DNA of 64,000 bases from an uncultured candidate division Zixibacteria bacterium (GCA_963664195.1 OY760907.1:672001-736000), one strand, 5' to 3'; positions 20,156-31,152 are shown, counted from the stretch's first letter. Numbers and translations: made by a program. The notes: generated from the letters alone by a model not told the origin.

Positions 20156-20601
20156 TTAGTGCCACGCTCGCCGGACCAGTGAGGTACTCTGAACTCAAGC
20201 CCGTCAGTTAGTTCGTCGTCCCATTCCAGACCAGATTGACACCATTCGCCATTCCCGCTGGGGAACTCATTCCGACAGCATGCGCGCCGCTTGGCGAAGT
20301 CCACAACTGCCTGAAATCGCCCACGGTAATGAATTCCAGTACGCTGCAGCGCGGCATTCCAAACAACAAAGATTCGCTCTGAGGCGCAAACTTGCTCCGG
20401 CAGGTGGTAATCGTATAGATGTAGTGCGACCAGAATGTCGTCCTGAGCTTCATTCGTAGCATACAGATAGCCAGTATCGTCGCCATCCTCGAACACGACG
20501 CCGTAGCCACAACCATCAAAGGGAATCATGTAGCTGCCCGGTCCAGTGAAGTTCACTGTAATAACACTCGATCCACATTTTCTTTTTCTGAAAAACCACA
20601 T
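20152..20601 (-). CDS. DUF2251-like protein
   Basis: VVFEDDGDTGYLYA...ALHLY and AVVDF...CRNEFP patterns; start uncertain. Confidence 0.6.
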   Translation of the reverse strand: MWFFRKRKCGSSVITVNFTGPGSYMIPFDGCGYGVVFEDGDDTGYLYATNEAQDDILVALHLYDYHLPEQVCASERIFVVWNAALQRTGIHYRGRFQAVVDFAKRRACCRNEFPSGNGEWCQSGLEWDDELTDGLEFRVPHWSGERGTK

Positions 20602-20644
20602 TCCGTCTCCCCGAATCCTTCTAGCCCACACAAAACCACCTGAT

Positions 20645-21418
20645 TCAGTCGCCGCCCGTCAACCGCGCGACGGCTACAATCCTGTCCGTCGTCCCGAGAA
20701 CAATGTCCCTGCCGTAACCGCCCAGAAGTCTAACAATCGAAAACTTGGCCGCACTCAATGTATGCGTGAGTTCGCCCATCGTCCAGCATCTCATTACGAG
20801 ATCATAGGACGTGCGCAGAGTATCGTTCGAGGTTACCAGTTCCGACGTCTCCCTTATCAATAGTCCGTGGCGACGTTCATCAAACCCCGTACGGCTCCTC
20901 CAAAATAACTCCCCGCGATCAGTCACAAAACGTTTTTCGATGATCGGTTTGGCCGCTTTTCTCCGCACACTCGCTTCCCAATCACGGACGTCGAGTATCA
21001 GGACGCCGTTCGGTTTCAGCACGCTCGCAAACGAAGGAAACACTCTCTGCCGATCTGAATCTAATGTAAGATCGTTCAGTACTCCCCGGCAAATCACCGC
21101 GTCGCACAAGACCATCTTCGGCAAATCAAGGAGATTCCCCTCGACAAACTCGACCGCCCCTTCGCACATCTCACACTTCGCCTTCGCCTGAGCAATCATT
21201 TCACGCGAGAGATCAACGCCACAGATATTGTAGCCCTGTCGGCCAAGGCGTGAGGCGTATTCCCCCGTCCCGCAACCGGCATCAAGGACGCGACCGTCGG
21301 CCGGGACACCCGCTTCGCGAAGTGCCCTGTCGATGAAACCGGCCCAGACCTCTGAAGGCTTTTCGACAATCAGATCATAGGCCCAGGCCAATTCGTTGTA
21401 TAGCGGTCGTTTTGCCAT
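20645..21418 (-). CDS. Class I SAM-dependent methyltransferase
   Basis: VLDAGCGTG, GVDLSREMI, LKPNGVLILD. Confidence 0.9.
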   Translation of the reverse strand: MAKRPLYNELAWAYDLIVEKPSEVWAGFIDRALREAGVPADGRVLDAGCGTGEYASRLGRQGYNICGVDLSREMIAQAKAKCEMCEGAVEFVEGNLLDLPKMVLCDAVICRGVLNDLTLDSDRQRVFPSFASVLKPNGVLILDVRDWEASVRRKAAKPIIEKRFVTDRGELFWRSRTGFDERRHGLLIRETSELVTSNDTLRTSYDLVMRCWTMGELTHTLSAAKFSIVRLLGGYGRDIVLGTTDRIVAVARLTGGD

Positions 21419-21443
21419 TTTGGTCGCCGTCTCTTCTGATCCC

Positions 21444-23369
21444 CTACGGGCACGGTGACAGTGGAGTCAGAGTTATGAATAGGTGATCAATCAACGTTGT
21501 CAGGTCACCCATTGTCACCAGGTAGTCCCCACTCATATCAATATTGGCCTCTTGCGGACAGTCAATCGGCGCCAGCGAAATGAACAGGTGGTCAATCAGT
21601 ACGGTCAGATCGCTGGTCGTCACCAGATCGTCTGCGGATCCGTCGACATTACCCACTGACGGTCCCGTGCAACAGCAATGATCACCTATGCCGTCACCGT
21701 TGCTGTCTTGCTGTTCCGGATCGTACACACCGGCACAAACATCGCAGAGATCGCCGACGCTGTCGCCATCGCCATCTTCCTGCCCCGGATTGTACTCGCC
21801 CGGACAATTGTCGTATAGATTGACCCGGCCATCGTTATCGTCGTCGGTGAAGAAGCCGCGTGCGATTCTCACGACCACAACATCGACAGAGTCTTCGGCC
21901 TGTGTGTCAAAAGCATCGGCCGAAGCCGGCAGATCGGTAGAATTAGTCTCACCGCTGAGATACACGTTTCCATCACTGTCTAGAGCAATCCCCGGGTGAT
22001 CGTCATTGCCGGTCCCTCCTATGTAGGTCGAGAAGCGCAACTCTGTCAAGTCGTAATCAAGAGTTGTGAAGACCAGGTCGCGGTCACCACCGGCATAGGT
22101 TGTGTCGAGGGCGGCCTCGCCCCGCGAGAAGTCCGAAGAAGTCGTACAGTTGCCCACGTGTACCAGACTGTCACTATCCACAGCTATGTCCCAGGCGACT
22201 TCCCAGCCAGCACCACCGAGGTAAGTCGAGGCTTCTACGGTCGATAGATTGGGGTCGAATCTCGTGACGAAGCAATCATCCCCGTTGACCTCGCCGGGAA
22301 CACTGTTGTAGGTATCGTCGAACGTTCCTTCAGGCATCGGAAAACCGGCGTCTGAGGTGGTATGTCCGGTCACAAAGACACCTCCAAAATCGTCTGCGAG
22401 TACCGAGTAACAGAACTCCGAGCCGTTGCCTCCCAGACGGGTTGAGGCCATCAACTGCGTCAGGTCGCCGGAGAACCGAGACACAAAAGCATCGTATCCA
22501 CCCCCACCATATCCCGTCTGTGCTGCACCGGCTGTTACCGGGAAGTTGGCCGCCCCACTGCCGCCCACGACGTACACCGTGCCGTCGGGACCGACGGCAA
22601 TCCCTTCAGACCAGTCGTCCAATCTGTCGCCGAGAAACGTCGCTCCGAGCAATGATGTCAGTTCAGAGTCAAAACGAGCCACCCAAACGTCCATCCCGTG
22701 CGTTCCCACTTCGCAGTACGTGGTGTCGTAGGCACCAACGCTGTATGGGAAGTCATCCGAATTCGTACAACCGCACAGGTACACAGTGCCGTCGGGCGCC
22801 AGTGCCATACCAAACGAATGTTCCGCGTCTCGCCCGCCCAGGAAGGTCGATGCGATGACCGTATCAAGGTCATTGGACAACACGGTGACGAAAACATCCC
22901 CACGAGCATACGGGCTGAATCCCGGGCCGTTGTAAGCATCGTCGTAGGAACCGGACGAGGCCGGGAAATCTGGAGATTCGGTGTTGCCTGAAACATACAC
23001 CCGACCGTCCTGCCCAATCGCCAATGCGGTGGCCATGTCATCGTACGTTCCGCCGAAGGTCCTGTAGGCCAGGACAGTGGTCAGATCCGGGCTGAGTTTG
23101 ACTACAAATGCTTCGTATTGGGCACCTTTGTCAGTGCCTTCTTTGGTGTCCCCTCCCGGGAATCCGGCCACCTCGGTCCAACCGGCCACAAATACGTCAT
23201 TGTTGTCATCTACGGCGGTCACCATCCGGGGGTAGGCCTGTTCTCCGAACTCGCCCCCCAGAAAAGTCAGACGAAAACTCTCCTCAACAGTTTCCTGAGC
23301 AGACACACTCGGAAACGATAGCCAGGTTATCAAAGCGACAGTTGTCGCCAGATACCAGAACTTCTTCAT
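21444..23369 (-). CDS. Secreted SBBP-repeat beta-propeller with thrombospondin type 3 repeats and a C-terminal dockerin-like domain
   Basis: Repeated STxLGG..D...IA.D..G.VYV.G.T.S.DFP; DNCP...NPGQEDGDGD; duplicated EF-hand-like GNVDGS..DLVT..DLT.LIDHLFI. Confidence 0.82.
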   Translation of the reverse strand: MKKFWYLATTVALITWLSFPSVSAQETVEESFRLTFLGGEFGEQAYPRMVTAVDDNNDVFVAGWTEVAGFPGGDTKEGTDKGAQYEAFVVKLSPDLTTVLAYRTFGGTYDDMATALAIGQDGRVYVSGNTESPDFPASSGSYDDAYNGPGFSPYARGDVFVTVLSNDLDTVIASTFLGGRDAEHSFGMALAPDGTVYLCGCTNSDDFPYSVGAYDTTYCEVGTHGMDVWVARFDSELTSLLGATFLGDRLDDWSEGIAVGPDGTVYVVGGSGAANFPVTAGAAQTGYGGGGYDAFVSRFSGDLTQLMASTRLGGNGSEFCYSVLADDFGGVFVTGHTTSDAGFPMPEGTFDDTYNSVPGEVNGDDCFVTRFDPNLSTVEASTYLGGAGWEVAWDIAVDSDSLVHVGNCTTSSDFSRGEAALDTTYAGGDRDLVFTTLDYDLTELRFSTYIGGTGNDDHPGIALDSDGNVYLSGETNSTDLPASADAFDTQAEDSVDVVVVRIARGFFTDDDNDGRVNLYDNCPGEYNPGQEDGDGDSVGDLCDVCAGVYDPEQQDSNGDGIGDHCCCTGPSVGNVDGSADDLVTTSDLTVLIDHLFISLAPIDCPQEANIDMSGDYLVTMGDLTTLIDHLFITLTPLSPCP

Positions 23370-23612
23370 AAACGGGACTATGGCACTCAGCATCTCGGAC
23401 TCCTTAAGGAAATGTGTGAAAACGCAATTACTCTTATCGCCAGACTCGAAAGTCCGACAAACAACCACCCGATTCCCTGACAGTGACTCGACAAAGGATC
23501 TGAGTCACGTCATACTGAACAAGCGGCCTTGGGCAAACGTAGCGCACCCGTCCCATGAGTACTGTGTGCTGCCCCTGGATAGCCTTTTTCACTCTGCTGC
23601 CTTTTTGATCAA

Positions 23613-25772
23613 CTACTCACACGGCGGCAGAGAGTTAAGTGATATGAACAAATGATCGATCAATGTCGTCAGGTCACCCATTGTCACCAGCCCATCGGCA
23701 CTGAGATCGACGTTCCCTTCATCGATGCAATCCAGCGGCAGAAGAGAGATGAACAGATGATCAATCAGCGTCGTGAGGTCTCCCATAGTGATCAGTTGAT
23801 CTGGCGACCCGTCGACGTTTCCCCTTGAAGGGCCGGTGCAGCAAGTCGGCATCTGGAGGTCGACCACTCGCGTCGCCGGTGCGTAGTCATGCTGCTGACC
23901 GTGGTGACTGCCCTCAAACAGATATTCTCCACCTGAAAAAGCATTCACTTCCACTGTAGTGAGATTAGACGATGTCGCATCCTCACCGACTGTGAAATAC
24001 AGCCTGAGGAGCGGTCCGATACCGGCCTCAAGGAAAGGCTGCGTCGAGTAGCCGGAAGTCCATGGTGTCAGATGAAAGTGTAACCTACCGTTGGTCGGAT
24101 CCACAACATCCTGAACCACGGACTGACAGGAAACGGTCCGGCACCCGACGACACTAAAGGAATCATAGACAATCTCCAGATCACCGCTGTACTGGATCGG
24201 CAAAAGCATATCTGTGAGCCGAAGCGTGTTGTTTGCTTGCACCGCTACCACCAGAGAATTCCCGGGCACCACCAATCCGGCATTGCACCAGACGCTGTCG
24301 GCGAGGACATTCATGTAATCGCCGCGAGTTCGAGTGATTTGGCCGAGCCCCACGTCAAGCGTCAGGGTTACATCGTACTCCCCCGCATTCTCGTACGTGT
24401 GCACGGGGTTCTGATCGAACGACGTATTGCCGTCACCGAAATCCCACGTCCATTTATCGACAGTAGTATCCGACATCCCGGTGAATTGCACGGTCAACGG
24501 CGCATCGCCGAGTATCGTATCGGCAAAGAACATGATGCTTCGATCCGGTTCTATCCGCGTGTACATCCGTTCGACCATGGGATCACATCCGCCCCAGGTG
24601 CAGTAGAGGTTGTCTACGGCATACCAGAGCGTGTTGCCTCCCCCCCAACCGTAGTTCATATGGTAAAAGCTCTGACTGTCCTGTGCACGCCAACCGTCGG
24701 CGACAATCATGTGATCGGAGATGAGGTACTGAATCGGACGGTTCGCGTCGATTTCGGCTCTGACGAATCCAAACCAATCTTCGGGAGTGTGGGCGTTTCG
24801 ATTTAGCGCTGTGACCTCATCTTTGTAGCCGAACCAATCCGGCAGCAAATCAAGCACCGGATCGACGTTGCCGATTGAATAGCATACGCCGTAGTCAACA
24901 TGATAGGCCCGACCGACCTCGGAACACAACTCGGCCATCTCTGCAACGGAACCGGAGTAACCGTAGCGATCAGAGAAGTTCGCATCGAGATACAGCCCCG
25001 GCGATGTTCCCTCGCATGATTGATCACCGTTCCACATATATTCAGTATTGCCGAATCCGGCGGGCGGCCATTGATGATAGTGCATGATCTGGGCAAGAGC
25101 CGTGGCGACGCACCAGACAACAGAGCGATTTCCGTCACCCTGCGGACAATAGATGTTGTAGGGGTGGGTCTGATGCCAGATAGTGCTCAGGAGCGGGCCG
25201 TTTTCGGCTCGCTCACCCGCTCCCCTGGCGATAGCGGCATCAAACTGCTCGGACTCCTGCAAGAGGTAATCCCAGGCCCGGCCGTTGCAACTACCGAACA
25301 GCCCCTGATCGCTTCTCTGAGGAGTGACAGCGACATCGCCGTAGAAATCGATGTAAAGATCGCGGCGTTCGATCAGTACATCGCGCACGAGAGCACCAAC
25401 CCCCTGCTGCTCACCAAACACCGGCTGTCCGGTCTGTGAAAAGCACTTGACAGGAGGAAGCTCCTTGAGCGAAGGGACAATGACGAAACCGTCCGGAGCA
25501 AGATGGAAACACCAGCCGAGAACGTCGCCTCCCGAGGTAATCGCTTCCACGCGTTTGACTTCCGCAGTCAGACTGCCAGCCCAGCAGTCATCCTCCGCAA
25601 TCTCGTTTGCAATGAAATTGCGGCAAACCTGGGATGCCTCTTGGATTGTGGCCTCTGTGGCAAGACATGCCGTCGACAGAAGCATCCACGGCAATAGCAC
25701 CAACAGGCAGAACGTAAGAATCGCCAGGGGGCTGATACGCGTACGAATACAACGGCATGTCGGGTGCAACAT
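23613..25772 (-). CDS. Secreted C10 (streptopain-like) cysteine peptidase with prodomain, PKD, cohesin-like and dockerin-like domains
   Basis: GPLLSTIWHQTHPYN, CVATALAQIMHYH, DHMIVADGW, HMNYGWGG; WDFGDG PKD; dockerin-like tail; GAGGA RBS before ATG 25772. Confidence 0.85.
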   Translation of the reverse strand: MLHPTCRCIRTRISPLAILTFCLLVLLPWMLLSTACLATEATIQEASQVCRNFIANEIAEDDCWAGSLTAEVKRVEAITSGGDVLGWCFHLAPDGFVIVPSLKELPPVKCFSQTGQPVFGEQQGVGALVRDVLIERRDLYIDFYGDVAVTPQRSDQGLFGSCNGRAWDYLLQESEQFDAAIARGAGERAENGPLLSTIWHQTHPYNIYCPQGDGNRSVVWCVATALAQIMHYHQWPPAGFGNTEYMWNGDQSCEGTSPGLYLDANFSDRYGYSGSVAEMAELCSEVGRAYHVDYGVCYSIGNVDPVLDLLPDWFGYKDEVTALNRNAHTPEDWFGFVRAEIDANRPIQYLISDHMIVADGWRAQDSQSFYHMNYGWGGGNTLWYAVDNLYCTWGGCDPMVERMYTRIEPDRSIMFFADTILGDAPLTVQFTGMSDTTVDKWTWDFGDGNTSFDQNPVHTYENAGEYDVTLTLDVGLGQITRTRGDYMNVLADSVWCNAGLVVPGNSLVVAVQANNTLRLTDMLLPIQYSGDLEIVYDSFSVVGCRTVSCQSVVQDVVDPTNGRLHFHLTPWTSGYSTQPFLEAGIGPLLRLYFTVGEDATSSNLTTVEVNAFSGGEYLFEGSHHGQQHDYAPATRVVDLQMPTCCTGPSRGNVDGSPDQLITMGDLTTLIDHLFISLLPLDCIDEGNVDLSADGLVTMGDLTTLIDHLFISLNSLPPCE

Positions 25773-25979
25773 GACTCGGTCCTCATCTGAAACTGTCGGA
25801 TGCCGGATCAGGGTGCTGTCGACCGCTGTTTCTATGATCTTGGCAGTCGCCGAGATAACCGGCATACGGGATCATTCTTCGGTATGCTAGACTAGAGACG
25901 ATTGAGCGTCACGGGGTGTTTAGCGGAAACTGGCAGTTAGTTGACCATTTTATGTTTCCGCAGATGAAATGAGCCGAGT

Positions 25980-27095
25980 TTACTGCGTCAGCTTGAATGT
26001 CGCGGAGCCGACAACCTCACCGTTGATGACCAGCTCGATCGAGTGATCACCGGGATAGTGTTTGCGAGTCGTCATCTCCCGGAAAGAGTGCTTTGTCGCA
26101 AGAGAGAGCGTCTCCCCAGGCTTGATCCTCTTTTCGGCAAACTTGAAGACTTTCGGCGATGGTTTCCCGTTCTTTTTCACGTAGTGCACGACATAGTCAA
26201 TGGCCAGCTTCTGGCTTTTCTTCGCCTGAGACGTGATGTCCGCTGAAACGGCAAACTCACCACCTATTTTGACGAGCTTCTTCGAGGTCCCAAACATCCG
26301 AACTGAAGTCTTTGGGTTGGGCGTGAACCCGAGCAACCCGAAGACAGCCGGATGGCGCTGTTTGATCAACGTACGGCAGGCGTGTTTGATGATCCAGCGA
26401 GTGTTTGCATTGGCGCCGTTCTGCCAGGAAATCGCCGTATCGATTACAGCCTGCGGATTGTCTTTTGAGATGTCGTTGAGATTATTGGCAACCGCCTTGC
26501 GGACATACAGCGACTCGTCCGCTTTGAGTTTCCCAAGCAATTCAATGACCGGTACAGGGTCCTTCTTGAACGACTCTATATGTGCAACCCAGACGCCGCG
26601 CGGACGGCTTCCCTCGGCAGCAAGACGACGAACGTGTTCGTTGGTATCTTCGGCCCACTCGTGGAGAAGAAACATTATCCGGTCAGTGTAGCGGATCATA
26701 AACGGCCTGATAGCAAACTCCGCGCTGCCGTAGCAGGTCAGAATCTTCAAGGCCTTCACCGAGGCGTCGAAATGCTCAAGGCCGTTTAACGCGACAAAGT
26801 CAGTAATGGCCCAGTTTCCAAAGCCGGGCAAAGAAGGGGCGGCCGCGGTAAGAACCGCCACCGCCTTCTTGAAGTCATTGGGGAGAAAAGGTCCAAGCGT
26901 CTGTGCAATACGCCCGACTCGTGCCTTGAGTTCGAGCGTCTCGAACCCGTCGTCGAGAACGGCCTCAACAAAACCCTTCTGGTCAAACTTCCGATACGTC
27001 TTGCCTATCGCCCGAGCGATCTTCTCAATCCGCTCGCGCGCAACGTAGTCCTTCCACAGTCCGGATTCCGGCTGACCGTCCTCTTTTGGCGTCAC
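25980..27095 (-). CDS. DNA alkylation repair protein (HEAT-repeat, AlkC/AlkD-like)
   Basis: SAEFAIRPF, HVRRLAAEGSRPR, YVRKAVANNLNDISKD, MTTRKHYPG. Confidence 0.85.
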   Translation of the reverse strand: MTPKEDGQPESGLWKDYVARERIEKIARAIGKTYRKFDQKGFVEAVLDDGFETLELKARVGRIAQTLGPFLPNDFKKAVAVLTAAAPSLPGFGNWAITDFVALNGLEHFDASVKALKILTCYGSAEFAIRPFMIRYTDRIMFLLHEWAEDTNEHVRRLAAEGSRPRGVWVAHIESFKKDPVPVIELLGKLKADESLYVRKAVANNLNDISKDNPQAVIDTAISWQNGANANTRWIIKHACRTLIKQRHPAVFGLLGFTPNPKTSVRMFGTSKKLVKIGGEFAVSADITSQAKKSQKLAIDYVVHYVKKNGKPSPKVFKFAEKRIKPGETLSLATKHSFREMTTRKHYPGDHSIELVINGEVVGSATFKLTQ

Positions 27096-27117
27096 AGCAT
27101 TGTCTCCCGATATAACT

Positions 27118-28932
27118 CTACACGGACTCGGCCAGCTTGACGAAGTCCTTCACGTCGATCATAGCGCGATTGACCGCATCAACCCAGAAGTCTTCCTTCG
27201 TCAGATCGACACCAAGATGCTTCAGCGCAACTTCCTCTGTGGTCATGCTGCCGGTATCGGCCAGCATGGCGCGATATTTCTCCGCAAACGCCGGACCTTC
27301 TTTTGTTGCCCGATCGTAAACGCCGCCGGCAAACAAGAACCCGAAAGTGTAGGGATAATTGTAGAACGGCGAATCGGTGATGAAGAAGTGCAGCTTGGAC
27401 GCCCAGAACAGCGGATGATACCCGGACTCATCAAGCAACGGGCCGTAGGCCTTCTTCTGTGCCTCGATCATCATTTCATTCAGACGTTCCTTGCTCACCA
27501 CACCCTTCTTGCGTTCCGGATAGAAGTTGCTGTCGAAAATATAACGCGTGTGAATATCGCAGAACATCACATACGCCTGTTGAAGTTTCTGGTCGAGCAG
27601 CATCAGCTTTTCCTGCGGGTCGGTACACTCGGCCATGGCGGCGTCGTTGACGAGCGTCTCGTTGAAGATCGACGCGGTCTCAGCCAGGGTCATCGGATAC
27701 TCTGTGGCGAAGAACGGGCGGTTTTTCAACACAAAACTGTGATATGCGTGACCCAACTCGTGCGCCAGAGTGAGCAGGTTCTCAAACGAGCCGGCGTAGG
27801 TCATGAAAATACGACTCTGGCGGAAATGCCCGGTGCCTGAGCAGTACCCGCCTCCACGCTTGCCGGCCCGGTCCTCTGCCTCGATCCAGCGCTTATCAAT
27901 AGCCATACGGGAAAAATCGCCCATCTCCTTGGAGAATCCGCCGACGTGCTTCACGATAAAATCCGCGGCTTCATCGTACGGGTACAGCCGGTCGGCCTTG
28001 CCGCACGGGGCAAACTCGTCATACCAGCAAAACTTGTCGATCCCGAGCAATTTCTTTTTCGCTTCGACATACGGCACAAGCTGCTTCGTTTCACGGGCAA
28101 TCACGGACCACATAGCGTCAAGCGTGGCCTGTGACAGTCTTGCCTGCTGGAGCGGCTCAAAAAGCGGCGAATCCCAGCCACGTCCCTTGTAGACCGACAG
28201 GCGGAAACCTGCCTGCGCGTTGAGCGTCATAGCAGCGAGATCCTCGCGGGTTTTCCAGGCTTCGACCATTTTCTCAAAGGCCTGCTTGCGAGCTGCGCGG
28301 TCGGAACTGCCCATCTTGGTAGCCAACTGCCCGAGCGACATTTCCTCGGTCTTGCCGTCTTCCTCAAACTGCACGCGAAGGTCGCCGGACATCTTCTCGT
28401 AGAGCTGGTTCCACGCGTGGTAGCCGTTGACGGCCAACTCAAGCGCGAGAGACTCCTGCTCCATCGGCATCTTCTTTTTCATCAAGTTCCGGTCTTCGTC
28501 GAGGAAGAACCGAATGCCTCTGATGTTATCGGACGTGACAAACTTCTCCCAGACCTCGTCAGACTGCTCGAGCGAAAGAGCATCGAACTTGGTCTTGATC
28601 TGCTGCCACTCTGAGAGGCACTGAAGCCCTTCGCTCTCGATGGCAGCCGCCTTCGTGTCTTTCACATCCTGCGAGACAAGCATCGAGGCAAACGAAATGA
28701 TCAGTGTTGTGCCTTCAATCGCGTCCTGCAGTTTCAGGACGAAACCGCTCCAGACATTGATCGAGGAGTCATCCAGTTTGCGCGGAAGGTTCTTCAGATC
28801 CTCGTCGGCCTCTTTGAGCCAGTTTTTCACTTTGTCACGGTGAGCCTTGAATTCGGCGGACTCGGCCCCGCCGGGGAAAATCGAATCCAGGTCCCAGGTT
28901 GGAGCCGGGGGAATTTTTTTTGCAGCAGCCAT
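27118..28932 (-). CDS. M3B family oligoendopeptidase F
   Basis: WDLDSIFPGG, GKRGGGYC, TLAHELGHAYH, LAETASIFNE, FYNYPYTFG. Confidence 0.93.
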   Translation of the reverse strand: MAAAKKIPPAPTWDLDSIFPGGAESAEFKAHRDKVKNWLKEADEDLKNLPRKLDDSSINVWSGFVLKLQDAIEGTTLIISFASMLVSQDVKDTKAAAIESEGLQCLSEWQQIKTKFDALSLEQSDEVWEKFVTSDNIRGIRFFLDEDRNLMKKKMPMEQESLALELAVNGYHAWNQLYEKMSGDLRVQFEEDGKTEEMSLGQLATKMGSSDRAARKQAFEKMVEAWKTREDLAAMTLNAQAGFRLSVYKGRGWDSPLFEPLQQARLSQATLDAMWSVIARETKQLVPYVEAKKKLLGIDKFCWYDEFAPCGKADRLYPYDEAADFIVKHVGGFSKEMGDFSRMAIDKRWIEAEDRAGKRGGGYCSGTGHFRQSRIFMTYAGSFENLLTLAHELGHAYHSFVLKNRPFFATEYPMTLAETASIFNETLVNDAAMAECTDPQEKLMLLDQKLQQAYVMFCDIHTRYIFDSNFYPERKKGVVSKERLNEMMIEAQKKAYGPLLDESGYHPLFWASKLHFFITDSPFYNYPYTFGFLFAGGVYDRATKEGPAFAEKYRAMLADTGSMTTEEVALKHLGVDLTKEDFWVDAVNRAMIDVKDFVKLAESV

Positions 28933-29000
28933 GATAATCTCCAAATCAACAATCTATTTTCGTTTCAATACGTCGTCGGAACAACAATGTTGCCCCGGCC

Positions 29001-30479
29001 TTATACGTCGGGCGCTTCGTACTTCTTCACCCATTTGGCGTAGAAAAGCATTGCAATCGCCGAAACGATACCAATCGCCGCAAACCGGTACCACAACTCG
29101 TACGGATTGTATGTATCCCAAAGAACCCGGGTGACCTCCGAATGGGTCTGCCCGGTAACTTCAACCAGCTTGTTCATGGCCTCGGTGCGATCAATGCCCG
29201 TAACGTTGAAGTTGGTTTGCAGGTAGTCGAGTGCGAGGTTGGCCTTGTCGCCCATGTCGTCATAGACATGACCGGCAATAACAGAGCCAAGTCCCCAGCC
29301 TATCCCCTGCGGCACGTTGGCATACCCCATATACAGGCCCTTCTCCCCCGGTGGAGCAATCACGCCAAGGTACTCGTTCATCTTGGGTGACGAGAGCATC
29401 TCACCAACAGAGAAGACGAGTATCCCGATCATGCAGAGATAACCGGCAGTCGTGAAGCCGGCAAGTATGAGTCCCACTGATGAGACAACAATACCGAGGA
29501 AGATCGAATGCGTGCGGCGCATTTTGGCAACCATCCACGAGACAAACACTACAACCAGAACAATGAGTCCGGCGTTGGCGTTGATCATCCATTCCTGCGA
29601 AAGCTGTTGACCGCGCAATGAGTTCTGTTGAAGCATCCAATCTGGCAGCCCGAGATCGGCAACAAGTTTTGAGCTGTCCACCCAATCGACGATGAAATTC
29701 GGCAGCATGTCAAACAACTGCATGAACATCAGCCAGAACCCGGACATGATAATCACGAATACGATTAGTCGCAGGTTGAAGAACTTGATAATTGTCTCCC
29801 CGAGTGTCTTGAACCAGCCGCCAGTTAGTTCGCCTCCCGAGGGAAGTTCCTTATAGGTGAGCAGCATCAGGAAGTTCAGTGAGACCATCACGGCACAGCC
29901 GAAAAACACGGTGGGCCAACCGAAACCGTAGAGAAAGTGAGCCACCGGCGGGCCAAGAAATCCGCCGATATTGACCAGCATATAGAACGTGCCCCAGCCA
30001 ACCGACGAGTTTTCTTTGGAGAGCGCCTGACACATTGTCCCCTGCACGCCAGGCTTGAAGATCGCGGTACCAAGTGCAAGCGTACAACAGCCTATCATGA
30101 ACGGCCAGAAAGTGGTCTGGGTAGCCATCAGCACATAACCCAACACCTTGATACAGATGGAGGCTGCAATGGTCTTCTTGTAACCGTACCGATCTGCAAA
30201 CCCGCCTGAAATCATCGGCGTCAGCGATTGGAACAACGCCCACCAGAGGAATATCTGGCCTTTCTCAACGGAGGTGAAGTGAAGTCCGCCTATTTCGTCG
30301 GCCTGGGCGATGTAAATGGGAATGACGACACGAACGCCGTAGTATGCGAGACGCTCGATCATTTCCATGATGTTGACCATCCAGAACGGGCGGCCCATTG
30401 AAGCAAGCGTCTGCAGAAGACCTTCGCGGGCCGTTTTGACAGGAGTGACCGGGTCGGTCACTGTGGATCTAGTTGACAT
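29001..30479 (-). CDS. MFS transporter (POT/peptide-transporter-like)
   Basis: EMIERLAYYG, GGFADRYG, FKPG, FYMLVNIGGFLGP, GEMLSSPK. Confidence 0.85.
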   Translation of the reverse strand: MSTRSTVTDPVTPVKTAREGLLQTLASMGRPFWMVNIMEMIERLAYYGVRVVIPIYIAQADEIGGLHFTSVEKGQIFLWWALFQSLTPMISGGFADRYGYKKTIAASICIKVLGYVLMATQTTFWPFMIGCCTLALGTAIFKPGVQGTMCQALSKENSSVGWGTFYMLVNIGGFLGPPVAHFLYGFGWPTVFFGCAVMVSLNFLMLLTYKELPSGGELTGGWFKTLGETIIKFFNLRLIVFVIIMSGFWLMFMQLFDMLPNFIVDWVDSSKLVADLGLPDWMLQQNSLRGQQLSQEWMINANAGLIVLVVVFVSWMVAKMRRTHSIFLGIVVSSVGLILAGFTTAGYLCMIGILVFSVGEMLSSPKMNEYLGVIAPPGEKGLYMGYANVPQGIGWGLGSVIAGHVYDDMGDKANLALDYLQTNFNVTGIDRTEAMNKLVEVTGQTHSEVTRVLWDTYNPYELWYRFAAIGIVSAIAMLFYAKWVKKYEAPDV

Positions 30480-30599
30480 ACAAGTTCTCCGTACGTACCG
30501 TTTTGAGGAATGTACAAGATCGTACACGAGACCAATTCAGTCAAGTGACTTGACCGAATCGCGCCCGTATATGTAGACATTTCGCACACGCACGGATAG

Positions 30600-30878
30600 A
30601 TGACGCACGAAAACGAACCAACAGAATATCCGATCGACGGTACCCTCGACCTGCATCTCTTCCGACCGGAAGAGACGAAGGATGTGGTCCTGGAATATAT
30701 CTCCGTATGTCTGGGAAAAGGCATTCTCGCCCTTCGCATAGTTCACGGCAAAGGCAAAGGCGTGCAACGACGAATCGTCCACAGCCTTCTCGAGGAGCAC
30801 CCGAACGTAACAGGGTTCCGCCATGAGGGCGGGTCCGGTGGGAGTTGGGGCGCAACGGTGGTGGATTTGGAGAAGTAG
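30600..30878 (+). CDS. Smr/MutS2 C-terminal domain protein
   Basis: LDLH, RIVHGKGKG, GSWGATVV. Confidence 0.9.
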   Translation: MTHENEPTEYPIDGTLDLHLFRPEETKDVVLEYISVCLGKGILALRIVHGKGKGVQRRIVHSLLEEHPNVTGFRHEGGSGGSWGATVVDLEK

Positions 30879-31152
30879 GAATTCGAGTAGGTCGCGGTTC
30901 CAAGGTCCGCATACCATGCGAAGCGAGGAACCCATTAGGAATTGCAGCCGGCTGATTCCTCACCCTCAAGCTCCACAAACCGCTCTCGACTGCAAACGAT
31001 TCGACGCCTGAAGGTGGGACCTGAAAGTGACTGATTCGACAGATCGAATACTGCCCCCCCCCCCCCAGTCCAGTGCGGTCAGGCGGAGTCGCCTTACCGC
31101 ACTTACAAGGGGTGAGTCACAGTGAACCGTAAGGACGACACCCCACAAAAAC

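Noticed and set aside
31054..31066. C13 homopolymer as a phase-variation switch
   Set aside because: It lies between convergent gene ends, not in a promoter or CDS
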